64,000 bases of DNA from positions 1-64,000 of IMG/VR virus record IMGVR_UViG_3300032315_001604; one strand, 5' to 3'. The notes beneath the pieces are model-generated. The model ran no database searches and was not told where the DNA came from. It worked only from the letters and a program-made list of their open reading frames with translations. The stretch's first letter is position 1. Every line of letters begins with the position of its first letter. This DNA comes from a virus. The position numbers and the translations under genes were made by a program. Below are positions 7,890 to 16,931 of the stretch, piece by piece.

Positions 7890-8076
7890 TAATCCTATTC
7901 TGCAAGAAGAATATCTTTATTTGGTAGAATTGCCAGAAAAAGATAAAGACGGAAAAACTATATTTGAAATTGCTCAATATAGAAAAAATAAATTTTGGTT
8001 TTTTGGATGGGAAGTTCCAGAAGTTCCAGAAAAATTTTTATCTTGGAAAGAATTAATTGTTGCAATTAAAGAATAG
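7873..8076 (+). CDS. Hypothetical protein
   Basis: ORF packing. Confidence 0.5.
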   Translation: MSLRIDNPILQEEYLYLVELPEKDKDGKTIFEIAQYRKNKFWFFGWEVPEVPEKFLSWKELIVAIKE

Positions 8077-8096
8077 GTTATTGATAAGTATTATCA

Positions 8097-8708
8097 ATGT
8101 CTTATACGTTATATAGCGATTTATCTGTAAGTCCTTCAAATTCTAATGTAGGATACAACAATTCTTGGTTACACGTACAGAACAATGCAAACAGAGAATT
8201 GTTTGCACAAGCATCTTATATCACAAATTTTGATGATTTAACTATTTCACTATCTGCTGGAAATGTTGATATTGGAGCAGTTGAAATCAAAGATTGGAAT
8301 TCAAATATAAGAGCAGATGTCACAACATCTGATGGATTAAATGCATTACGAGTATTGACTCAAGATTTAGAATCATCGGTTGATGATATCACGATTGGTG
8401 ATAAAAATGGCAATTTTGCTACTATCCAAATGCCTCAATCCGCATTGAGAGTTTATCCCGTTATCACTGCTGGTGGATTTACAAGATGTGAAACAAGAAC
8501 TTCTGGTAACCCAACTTTTGTACCATGCCAAATTTTAATATACAATAGCGCGAATACACATGTCTTTCCAGTATTAACTTTATCAAGTGGGTTATCGTGT
8601 CGAATACCGATTGGTAAAAATAGTGAAAATAACCATATTTTAACATTAAATTTGGAAGTGTCTGGTGTTAATGATTATGCAGGATGCGAAATCACATTCT
8701 TTGCTTAA
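8097..8708 (+). CDS. Hypothetical virion-associated protein, paralog of 9441-9878
   Basis: Shared NVxYxNxW...RxLFAQASYxTN motif; TAAGTA late-type box upstream. Confidence 0.6.
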   Translation: MSYTLYSDLSVSPSNSNVGYNNSWLHVQNNANRELFAQASYITNFDDLTISLSAGNVDIGAVEIKDWNSNIRADVTTSDGLNALRVLTQDLESSVDDITIGDKNGNFATIQMPQSALRVYPVITAGGFTRCETRTSGNPTFVPCQILIYNSANTHVFPVLTLSSGLSCRIPIGKNSENNHILTLNLEVSGVNDYAGCEITFFA

Positions 8709-8710
8709 TT

Positions 8711-9376
8711 ATGATTCTCTGTTTATCAGATATTCATTTAGGAAGTCCGATATGTCAGGCAGAATTGACATTAAAAATATTAGAAGATTGCGAGTACGAT
8801 AAACTTATAATTTGTGGAGATATTTTAGATTCTTATAATATCCACAGGCTTTGTAAAAAACAATGGAAAGTTTTATCTGCATTGAGAAAAATTTCTAAAA
8901 CCAAAGAATGTATTTTTATTAAAGGAAATCACGATAAAAGTTTAGATACAATCAGTGCATTGCTAGGATTTGATTTTAAATTAGAACACATTGAAACAAT
9001 TGGTGGTAAAAAGTTTTACTTTGTTCATGGAGATAAATGGGATTATATAATTCAATTAAGACCATTCCTAACAGAAATAGCATCTGGAATTTATTATTTT
9101 TTACAAAAAATAGACAAGACCCAAAAGTTTACAAGAAAATTAAAAAAGAAAATTAAAACTTGGAGATCTTCTGCTGATAAAGTTATGGAAAGAGTAGCTA
9201 ATCACGGAAAATTTTTAGATTGTGATGTTGTTGTTTTTGGTCATACTCACATGCCAGAGCATAAAAACGTCAATGGAATAGAATGTGTTAATTTAGGTTC
9301 TCAGTGTGATCTACCAGTTACATACTGTAAAATAAGTAATAAAGGTAACATAACATTAAAAAGTTTGGATAAATAA
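8711..9376 (+). CDS. LpxH-like (UDP-2,3-diacylglucosamine hydrolase family) metallophosphoesterase
   Basis: SDIHLG, GDILD, GNHD, HGD, GHTH. Confidence 0.75.
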   Translation: MILCLSDIHLGSPICQAELTLKILEDCEYDKLIICGDILDSYNIHRLCKKQWKVLSALRKISKTKECIFIKGNHDKSLDTISALLGFDFKLEHIETIGGKKFYFVHGDKWDYIIQLRPFLTEIASGIYYFLQKIDKTQKFTRKLKKKIKTWRSSADKVMERVANHGKFLDCDVVVFGHTHMPEHKNVNGIECVNLGSQCDLPVTYCKISNKGNITLKSLDK

Positions 9377-9440
9377 TACGAAAATTAATATTTTTTTTAA
9401 AAATAAAGATACAATAAAAAAGATATTTAAAAGATAAATA

Positions 9441-9878
9441 TTGTTGATGGCCACACTCACACCAACTTTAACTTCAGTAGTTCCAAATCCAAATGTTGCT
9501 TATTGTAATGCATGGATTCCAATATCTAATGACGCTGGTAGGCCGCTTTTTGCCCAAGCATCGTATTTAACAAATGCCTCTGATATTTCTGTTTCTTTAT
9601 CTGCTAGTAATTTAAATATAAATTTAGCAGATGTTGAAAATTTAATTGCAACAACAAATACTCTTGTCGGTGTTCTTACCGCTACATCAAACCGTATTAA
9701 CGGTTTTGTAATTCCTAATTATAACAGAATCGCAAATACCTATTATGGGACTTCAAACAATTTATCTAAGGTAGATTATAAGTTTAATAGTACTATAGTA
9801 GCTTCTTTATCATTTACATATACGACACCTACTTCTGCTGATGGTGCTTTACTTGCTGAAGTAATAAAGACTCTCTAA
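9441..9878 (+). CDS. Hypothetical virion-associated protein (fibre adaptor candidate)
   Basis: Paralog of 8097-8708; directly precedes LRR genes. Confidence 0.55.
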   Translation: MLMATLTPTLTSVVPNPNVAYCNAWIPISNDAGRPLFAQASYLTNASDISVSLSASNLNINLADVENLIATTNTLVGVLTATSNRINGFVIPNYNRIANTYYGTSNNLSKVDYKFNSTIVASLSFTYTTPTSADGALLAEVIKTL

Positions 9879-9882
9879 ATTT

Positions 9883-11028
9883 ATGCCCTATACCTTTAAT
9901 CCGTTTACTGGTGGATTAGATGGAGCAGGTGCAGGTGGGCTTGCAGATGCTCCTTCTGATGGAGTTCTTCGTGCTCGAAAGAACGGATCTTGGTCTACTA
10001 TTGATGCAGCAGATATTCCCAGCTTACCTGCTAATGGTCTTGATATGACTTTAATAGAAGCAACAGATGGCTTGTATGGATACATAGGAGATATAGGAGT
10101 TAATCAGTTTGTTGGGGATACCTCTTTAACGGGTTTGTATCTGGGAAATAGTGTTACAAGTATTGGAAATCAGGCTTTTTATGAGTGCTCTGGTCTTATT
10201 GGTTCTTTAACTATACCAAATAGTGTTACTAGTATTGGTAGTCTGGCTTTTCAAAGTTGCTCTGGTTTTACTGGTTCTTTAACTATTCCAAATAGTGTTA
10301 CAAGTATTGGTAGTAGTGCTTTCTATAATTGCTCTGGTTTTACAGGCTCCTTAACTATCCCTAATAGTGTTACTAGTATTGGTAGTCTGGCTTTTTATGA
10401 TTGCAGTGGTTTCACAGGTTCTTTGACTATAGGAACTAGTGTTTCAAGTATTAATGATGGTGCTTTTGAAAGTTGCAATGGGTTTACAGGCTCCCTCACC
10501 ATTCCGGGAACAGCTTCAATCGGAAGCTTTGCGTTTTATGCTTGCAGCTTTAATGGCTTAAATGTAACTGGAACTTCTATAAATTCTAATGCTTTTGAAT
10601 ATAATAAAACAAATGCTTTTGGATCATTGAATATTGCTAATACCATTACAAGTATTGGAAATCAGGCTTTTTATGAGTGCTCTGGTCTTATTGGTTCTTT
10701 AACTATACCAAATAGCATTACAAGTATTGGTAGTTATGCTTTTGATAGTTGCTCTGGTTTTACTGGTTCTTTAACTATACCAAATAGCATTACAAGTATC
10801 GGAGGTAGTGCTTTTAGAAATTGCTTTAACTTAACAAATGCTTATTTGAATCAGCCCTTGTCTGCAATAGGTTCCAATGCTTTTCAAAATTCAGGTCTTA
10901 CCACAATTCACCTTCAACCATCCCCCAACACTCCTGCGGGTTGGACCATAGGTTCTGGGCAAACAATACGTGGTAAATCTGGAATTACCGTGGTAGCAAA
11001 TTGGACAACCCATCCTAATCCTCCGTAA
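9883..11028 (+). CDS. BspA-type leucine-rich repeat (LRR_5) fibre-like protein 1
   Basis: About 11 GSLTIPNSVTSIGxxAFxxCSGFT repeats; N-terminal MPYTFNPFTG and DAPSDG motifs. Confidence 0.85.
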   Translation: MPYTFNPFTGGLDGAGAGGLADAPSDGVLRARKNGSWSTIDAADIPSLPANGLDMTLIEATDGLYGYIGDIGVNQFVGDTSLTGLYLGNSVTSIGNQAFYECSGLIGSLTIPNSVTSIGSLAFQSCSGFTGSLTIPNSVTSIGSSAFYNCSGFTGSLTIPNSVTSIGSLAFYDCSGFTGSLTIGTSVSSINDGAFESCNGFTGSLTIPGTASIGSFAFYACSFNGLNVTGTSINSNAFEYNKTNAFGSLNIANTITSIGNQAFYECSGLIGSLTIPNSITSIGSYAFDSCSGFTGSLTIPNSITSIGGSAFRNCFNLTNAYLNQPLSAIGSNAFQNSGLTTIHLQPSPNTPAGWTIGSGQTIRGKSGITVVANWTTHPNPP

Positions 11029-11036
11029 ATAATATT

Positions 11037-12260
11037 ATGCCATACAAATTTAATCCATTTACAGGTAGTTTAGATACAGCAGGTTCAGGAGGTATTCCAG
11101 AAGCTCCTGCTGATGGCAATCTCTATGACAGAAAGAGTGGTCAATGGGTTCAACCTGAAGCATCAGATGTTACAGACTTTCCTACAAATTTTGCAGACCA
11201 TACTTTTATTACCACTAATGATGATCCCAGTAAAGTTATCATGACTTATGGAAGTATTGGTAGTAGTGCTTATAATTATAGAACAGATTTAACAGGTCTT
11301 TATTTAGGAAGCTCTGTAACAAGTATTGGAAGTAATGCTTTTCAAGGTTGCGGTGGTTTTACTGGTTCTTTAACCATACCAAATAGTGTTACAAGTATTG
11401 GTAGTGATGCTTTTAGAAGTTGCTCTGGATTTACTGGTTCTTTAACCATAGGAAGCGGTGTTACAAGTATTGGTAGTTCTGCTTTTTATCAAACTAGTTT
11501 AACAGGATCTTTAACCATTCCCAATAATGTTACAAGTATTGGAAGTTATGCATTTTATCAAAATGAAGGTTTTACAGGTACATTGACTTTATCAAATAGC
11601 CTGACAAGTATTCAACAGTCAACTTTTAAGAGTTCTAGTTTTACAGGCTCTTTGACTATACCTAATAGTGTAACAAGTATTAATGATGGTGCTTTCTATA
11701 GTTGCACTGGCTTTACTGGTTCTTTAACTATTCCAAATAGCGTTACAAATATTGGTAATCAGGCTTTTGCTTATTGCACTGGCTTTACTGATTCTTTAAC
11801 TCTTGGTAATACCATTACAAGTATTGGAAGTCAGGCTTTTTATGAGTGCGACTTTTCAGGTTCTCTAATTATTCCGAATAGTGTTACAACTATTGGAAGT
11901 CAGGCTTTTTATGACTGCAACTTTTCAGGTTCTCTAATTATTCCGAATAGTGTTACAACTATTGGGAGTTATGCTTTTGCTTATTGCTACGGTATTGGAA
12001 GTTCTCTAACTATTCCAAATAGTGCTACGAGTATTGGTGATCGTGCTTTTCTTGCATGTGAAAGCGTAATAGATGCTTATTTGAATCAGCCTCTGTCTGC
12101 ATTTAATAATACTTTTCAAGCCTCAAATCTTACTACAGTTCACCTCAGACCATCTCCTAATACTCCTGCGGGTTGGACTATAGGTTCAGAGCAAACAATA
12201 GTCGGGCAAGACGATGTTAATGTAGTGGCAGATTGGACAACATATCCAAATCCCCCTTGA
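11037..12260 (+). CDS. BspA-type LRR fibre-like protein 2
   Basis: About 12 repeats; MPYKFNPFTG and EAPADG motifs; shared C-cap. Confidence 0.85.
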   Translation: MPYKFNPFTGSLDTAGSGGIPEAPADGNLYDRKSGQWVQPEASDVTDFPTNFADHTFITTNDDPSKVIMTYGSIGSSAYNYRTDLTGLYLGSSVTSIGSNAFQGCGGFTGSLTIPNSVTSIGSDAFRSCSGFTGSLTIGSGVTSIGSSAFYQTSLTGSLTIPNNVTSIGSYAFYQNEGFTGTLTLSNSLTSIQQSTFKSSSFTGSLTIPNSVTSINDGAFYSCTGFTGSLTIPNSVTNIGNQAFAYCTGFTDSLTLGNTITSIGSQAFYECDFSGSLIIPNSVTTIGSQAFYDCNFSGSLIIPNSVTTIGSYAFAYCYGIGSSLTIPNSATSIGDRAFLACESVIDAYLNQPLSAFNNTFQASNLTTVHLRPSPNTPAGWTIGSEQTIVGQDDVNVVADWTTYPNPP

Positions 12261-12290
12261 TTTATTTCTCCCAAGATATAAAATAATAAT

Positions 12291-13088
12291 ATGTCTAAAA
12301 CAGTTCATTTTGTATCAGGTCTTCCAAGAGCCACTAGCACTCTTCTCTGCAACCTATTAGCACAGAACCCAAGAGTTCATGCAACAGCAACATCCCCTTT
12401 GCATGAGATTGGTTATATTGCAAGGAAAGTATTTCAAACTGAAGAAGCAAAAGCGATTGGTGGTGATGTGCTTGAGACTATGTTTAAGGATTATGTCAAA
12501 GGTGGGGTCGAAAATGCTTTTAATTCATTGACAGATAGACCTGTTGTAGCCGATAAATGCAGATCATATATTGGTCACTTGGATATGATCTTTCAAATCT
12601 TTCCTGATGCTAAAGTTCTTGTTCCAGTAAGAGATGTAAGAGGCATTCTTTGCTCCATGGAAAAAATCAGAAGAAAGCATCCAGCACCTTTTAATGGCTT
12701 CGAAGAACAAAATCCAGCTAACTTTACTACAATTGAAAAAAGAGCGCAGGGATGGCTTCAACATCCACCTGTTGGCATTGCTATTGAAAGATTGTTTGAA
12801 GCAACAGCAAGATTTAAAGACAAGCTTCACTTTGTTCATTCAGAAGACTTAACATCAAACCCTAAAGAAACTATGCAAAAGGTTTGGGAATATCTTGAAG
12901 AAGATTTCGATAAACATGACTTTAATAATGTAGAACAATATACTAAAGAAGTAGAAGTGGGTTGGCCTTATGGTGATCATTCTATTAGACCTCAAATTAA
13001 ACCATTACCTATGGATTATGATAAGATTCTTGGAAAACAGCTATCAGATGCTATAAAGCAGAAGTTTGCTTGGATAAATAATTTATAA
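12291..13088 (+). CDS. Sulfotransferase family protein
   Basis: 5-prime PAPS-binding loop SGLPRATSTLL; VPVRDVRGILCS second motif. Confidence 0.75.
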   Translation: MSKTVHFVSGLPRATSTLLCNLLAQNPRVHATATSPLHEIGYIARKVFQTEEAKAIGGDVLETMFKDYVKGGVENAFNSLTDRPVVADKCRSYIGHLDMIFQIFPDAKVLVPVRDVRGILCSMEKIRRKHPAPFNGFEEQNPANFTTIEKRAQGWLQHPPVGIAIERLFEATARFKDKLHFVHSEDLTSNPKETMQKVWEYLEEDFDKHDFNNVEQYTKEVEVGWPYGDHSIRPQIKPLPMDYDKILGKQLSDAIKQKFAWINNL

Positions 13089-13555
13089 TGAAATACGCAA
13101 TATTAGGACCAAGAAAAGCAGTTAATAGAATCTCTGATACAGAACCACAAACATTATCAAGTTTAAGTGCTACTGTTGTAGAGTTTACAGATGAACAAGC
13201 ACATACTGTATTAGCAGGTTTATCAGCAACACCATCAACTCGTTATTTTTATCTCAGCGGAAATTTAATTACATTTAAAGATAAGTTTGAACAAGATAGA
13301 TCAACTCCTACATTAACCCAAGAACAGACCATCAAAAGAGGTGAAATGTTTGTTCAGAATAAAGGATTTTCAGCACAGAGGCTTGTTACATTAATGGACA
13401 AGTTGATTCAAGTTAAAGAAGCTAATGCTTTAGCTTCAAACCCAAAGCTTGTTGCTGTATATCAATGGCTCCAAGAAGTAAAAGCGAAAGCGATTGCTAC
13501 GCAAATTAATTTTTCAGAACCACCTTATACATTCGAAGAAGTCATAACCGAATAA
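13088..13555 (+). CDS. Hypothetical protein, possible fibre assembly chaperone
   Basis: Position between fibre-like genes; inference only. Confidence 0.45.
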   Translation: MKYAILGPRKAVNRISDTEPQTLSSLSATVVEFTDEQAHTVLAGLSATPSTRYFYLSGNLITFKDKFEQDRSTPTLTQEQTIKRGEMFVQNKGFSAQRLVTLMDKLIQVKEANALASNPKLVAVYQWLQEVKAKAIATQINFSEPPYTFEEVITE

Positions 13556-13563
13556 GTATTTAC

Positions 13564-15342
13564 ATGGCCTATTCCTTCAATCCGTTTACAGGTAGTTTAG
13601 ATGATTCTGGAGGAACATCTGGTATTGTAGATGCACCTTCTGATGGAGGCTTGTATGGTCGGGGAACTTTTGATACTAGTGGAGTCTCCTTACTGCTTCA
13701 CATGGATGGATCATCTGGATCTCAAAACTTCATTGACAGTTCTTTAAATAATTTCACAGTAACTAATAATGGAGGTGCTCAAATTGATACAGCATTCAAG
13801 AAGTTTGGAACAGGTTCTAGTTATTTTAATTATGGTGACAGTACATATTTGCAAACTGAGTCTTCTTCGGAATTTGGTTTGGGTACTGGGAATTTTACTG
13901 TTGAAATGTGGCTATACAAAGATACTGCAATATTAAACTTTAATGGGTTTTTTTGCATAAATCAGTACAATAATAATGGTATTTTAATTAGAATACAGTC
14001 AGCTTTTGATTCTCTTTATGTTGGTGGAGAAACTTATAATTGGGATCCTAGCACCAACTTTCCATTAAATCAATGGAATCATTTTGCCCTAGTAAGAAAT
14101 AATGGAGTAATAAAAATTTATATTAATGGCATTGCAGTTTTTACTGCAAATAATAATAATAACAATTTAGGATCTACAGGCATAGTCACTGTTGGTGCAA
14201 GTTCTCACAATTATAATGAAGGGTTTGGTGGTTATATTGATGAAGTAAGAGTTGCCAAAGGTGTTGCAAGATACATGGCAAACTTTGATGTGCCTACTGT
14301 GCCTTTTTCTAATCCTGCATATCCTGCTCCAAGTTGGAGTAATCACACCAAGGAAGACATACTCAACAATGAATCTGGTCCTCCTTTAACTCTCCTTATC
14401 AATTCTGATAATACTATTACAGGGGTTTATGGAAGTATTGGTTATCAGGCATATACTGGCCAAGATCAATTGTTAGGATTACAAATAGGTACAAGTGTTA
14501 TAACTGTTGGTAGTGGAGCCTTTGAGTATTGCTCTGGTCTTACTGGCTCTTTAACTATACCAAATAGTGTTACAGATATTGGTAATGGAGCTTTTGGTGG
14601 TTGCACTGGTTTTACAGGTTCTTTAACAATACCAAATAGTGTTACAAATATTGGTAGTTTTGCTTTTTATCAATGCTCTGGTTTTACAGGTTCTTTAACT
14701 ATTCCTAATTCTGTTACGAGTATTGGTAATAATGCTTTTAGAAATTGCAACGGATTTACAAATTCTTTAGCCATACCAAATAGTGTTACAAGTATTGGTA
14801 GTGATGCTTTTATAGATTGCTCTGGTTTTACAGGCTCCTTAACTATCCCTAATAGTGTTACTAGTATTGGTAGTCTGGCTTTTGAAAATTGTACTGGCCT
14901 AACAAACGCTTATTTAAATCAGCCACTATCTGCGGTTGGATCTAATGCTTTCATTAGTTCAGGACTCACTACAATTCACCTTCAACCATCCCCCAACACT
15001 CCTGCGGGTTGGACCATAGGTTCTGGGCAAACAATACGTGGTAAATCTGGAATTACTGTAGTAGCTGATTGGACTGAATATCCAGTTGGTACTTGCAATG
15101 ATGCAACTGCACAAGTTCTTATGACAGGTTGGGTTTATGGAGATAGAACATTATCCCCAATTGGATATTTTCCGTTTGGAGGAGAAACCTATGTTTATGG
15201 GGATGAAGTTGTAAGATATGTAGATGGTGTTTGGATCTATGAAAACAGTGGATTAGAAATAACAAGGGCTTATGGTTATGTGGGACGCCCTTGGCTGGCT
15301 ACTTGGGATTCTCCTTTTACATCAAGTAAAATATGTCCATAA
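13564..15342 (+). CDS. LamG/ConA-like + BspA LRR fibre-like protein 3
   Basis: MAYSFNPFTG; LLLHMDG...FTVEMW...WNHFALVR...GYIDEVRV (LamG-like); about 8 LRRs; extra C-terminal domain. Confidence 0.85.
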   Translation: MAYSFNPFTGSLDDSGGTSGIVDAPSDGGLYGRGTFDTSGVSLLLHMDGSSGSQNFIDSSLNNFTVTNNGGAQIDTAFKKFGTGSSYFNYGDSTYLQTESSSEFGLGTGNFTVEMWLYKDTAILNFNGFFCINQYNNNGILIRIQSAFDSLYVGGETYNWDPSTNFPLNQWNHFALVRNNGVIKIYINGIAVFTANNNNNNLGSTGIVTVGASSHNYNEGFGGYIDEVRVAKGVARYMANFDVPTVPFSNPAYPAPSWSNHTKEDILNNESGPPLTLLINSDNTITGVYGSIGYQAYTGQDQLLGLQIGTSVITVGSGAFEYCSGLTGSLTIPNSVTDIGNGAFGGCTGFTGSLTIPNSVTNIGSFAFYQCSGFTGSLTIPNSVTSIGNNAFRNCNGFTNSLAIPNSVTSIGSDAFIDCSGFTGSLTIPNSVTSIGSLAFENCTGLTNAYLNQPLSAVGSNAFISSGLTTIHLQPSPNTPAGWTIGSGQTIRGKSGITVVADWTEYPVGTCNDATAQVLMTGWVYGDRTLSPIGYFPFGGETYVYGDEVVRYVDGVWIYENSGLEITRAYGYVGRPWLATWDSPFTSSKICP

Positions 15343-15438
15343 GATTAAAGGATTTGGTGTAAATGTATTATCAAATAGCAGGGGAACTGTTAATGTAATT
15401 TTTTAATTCTAAAAAATTCGGATAAGTAATAAACGATT

Positions 15439-16272
15439 ATGTTTATTACAATTTTAGCTTTATCAGCGTTTATTATTGCTGGTGTGGCCGCTTATTTTTC
15501 AGTTCAAGGTATTGCCACATTATATGCAGGGGCTTTTATTTCTGTGTTGGTCATGGCTGGTGCATTAGAAGTTGGAAAACTTGTTGCTACAAGTTTTCTT
15601 TATCGATACTGGCACAAGACCAATTTATTACTAAAAACCTATATATTAATTGCCATTCTTACTTTAATGGGAATTACATCAATGGGTATATTCGGATTTT
15701 TGACATCTGCATATCAAACAAGTCTTATTGAATTTTCTCAAGCAGAAACTCAACAAGAATTTTTGATATCGCAAAAAGCGATACTAGAAAAAGAATTAGC
15801 ATCTTTGACGATGCGTGTTGATACTCTTAATCAATCTCGCCTCTCTCAAGAACAAAGACTTCCATCAATGTCTCGCACAGCAGCAAAACCTGTATATGAA
15901 GATATTAAAAAGTCTGGTGAAGAAATTACACAAGCTAGAGGAAGAATGAATACAATTTTTGAAGAAATTAAAACTCTGGATTTACAAACACTAGAAGCAC
16001 AAAAGCAAAGCGGAAAACAAAAAGATATTGGAACTCTCAAATATGCAGCAGAACTTTTTGGAACAGATATCAACACCATTGTTAAATGGTTTACTTTAGC
16101 AATTATTGTCGTGTTTGACCCATTAGCTATTGCATTGGTTCTTGCATATAATATTGCTGCTAATAGAAAGTTTGATGATGAAGAAGAATATGTAGAGGAA
16201 CCTGAAAATGAAACATCTACCATAAAAACAATTAAAAAAATTTTTAGTAGAAAAGCTAAGTATAGAGACTAA
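15439..16272 (+). CDS. Membrane protein with 3 N-terminal helices, coiled coil and C-terminal helix
   Basis: Hydrophobic segments, GALEVGKLV, VVFDPLAIALV. Confidence 0.65.
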   Translation: MFITILALSAFIIAGVAAYFSVQGIATLYAGAFISVLVMAGALEVGKLVATSFLYRYWHKTNLLLKTYILIAILTLMGITSMGIFGFLTSAYQTSLIEFSQAETQQEFLISQKAILEKELASLTMRVDTLNQSRLSQEQRLPSMSRTAAKPVYEDIKKSGEEITQARGRMNTIFEEIKTLDLQTLEAQKQSGKQKDIGTLKYAAELFGTDINTIVKWFTLAIIVVFDPLAIALVLAYNIAANRKFDDEEEYVEEPENETSTIKTIKKIFSRKAKYRD

Positions 16273-16273
16273 T

Positions 16274-16414
16274 ATGAAATATAGCAAAAACAGAAAATAT
16301 AGAGATCAAGAAAAAGTTATTGAAAAAGAAATAAAGGTTGTTAGAAAAAAGATTAAAAAGAAAACTTTACTCTTAGAAAAAGTTAAAGGATTTTTTAAAA
16401 ATTTTTGGAAATAA
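16274..16414 (+). CDS. Small basic hypothetical protein (not in track)
   Basis: 46-aa ORF MKYSKNRKYRD... Confidence 0.4.
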   Translation: MKYSKNRKYRDQEKVIEKEIKVVRKKIKKKTLLLEKVKGFFKNFWK

Positions 16415-16451
16415 ATTTTGAAATAAACATATATTTTTTTGTTTTAAAAAG

Positions 16452-16908
16452 TGGTGGAGGTGTCGGAGTGCTGCCCTCCGAGTCTTTATAATCTACATTT
16501 ATATGTCTACATGTTTTAGTATCTTTAGCATTTCAGTCACCATACGGTAACGAAGACTTTAGGCTGCTTGGTGACACTAACCGAATTTTTAGTCTGCCTA
16601 TAGATATTAACGCAATCTATATACGGATAGTATTTTGTTTATTATGTCAGAATTACTAACAACCCGACACCCTCTGCTATCAATGAACTCTTAGAGGATC
16701 TAAGTTCAAGGTCTTTAGGCTGCTAAGAGCATTTCGTCTTCAGCACCTACGAGATACTCGTCGGCGTTGTTGAAGATATGTTCAGCTTCAGCTAAGATGG
16801 AGTCAGTATTATCTGCTCTTAATTTTTAATCGATTTTTTACGAGGCCATCGATTAACCTCGACATGCGATACAAATTTCAATTATAAATCGAAATCTAAT
16901 TCACCCCC
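16452..16908 (-). ncRNA. ssrA: tmRNA
   Basis: 5-prime GGGGGTG pairs with CACCTCC-A-CCA including G3:U70; UA at -5/-4 before GCA resume codon; tag ORF 16816-16715 ends LLAA-TAA. Confidence 0.92.
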
Positions 16909-16911
16909 AAA

Positions 16912-16923
16912 TTTTCAAAGATC
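16912..16923 (-). promoter_or_regulatory. boxA-like antitermination element
   Basis: GATCTTTGAAAA ending 3 nt before the tmRNA 5-prime end. Confidence 0.5.
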
Positions 16924-16931
16924 TAATCTAT

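Noticed and set aside
9883-15342. Diversity-generating retroelement acting on the LRR genes
   Set aside because: Differences between repeat copies are not adenine-restricted, variable sites include Gln/Glu codons, and no reverse transcriptase or TR/VR pair is visible in the window.
16557-16567. Second GCAGCCTAAAG copy in tmRNA as a second tag frame
   Set aside because: An in-frame TAG lies five codons upstream, leaving no usable tag; likely structural or a small duplication.
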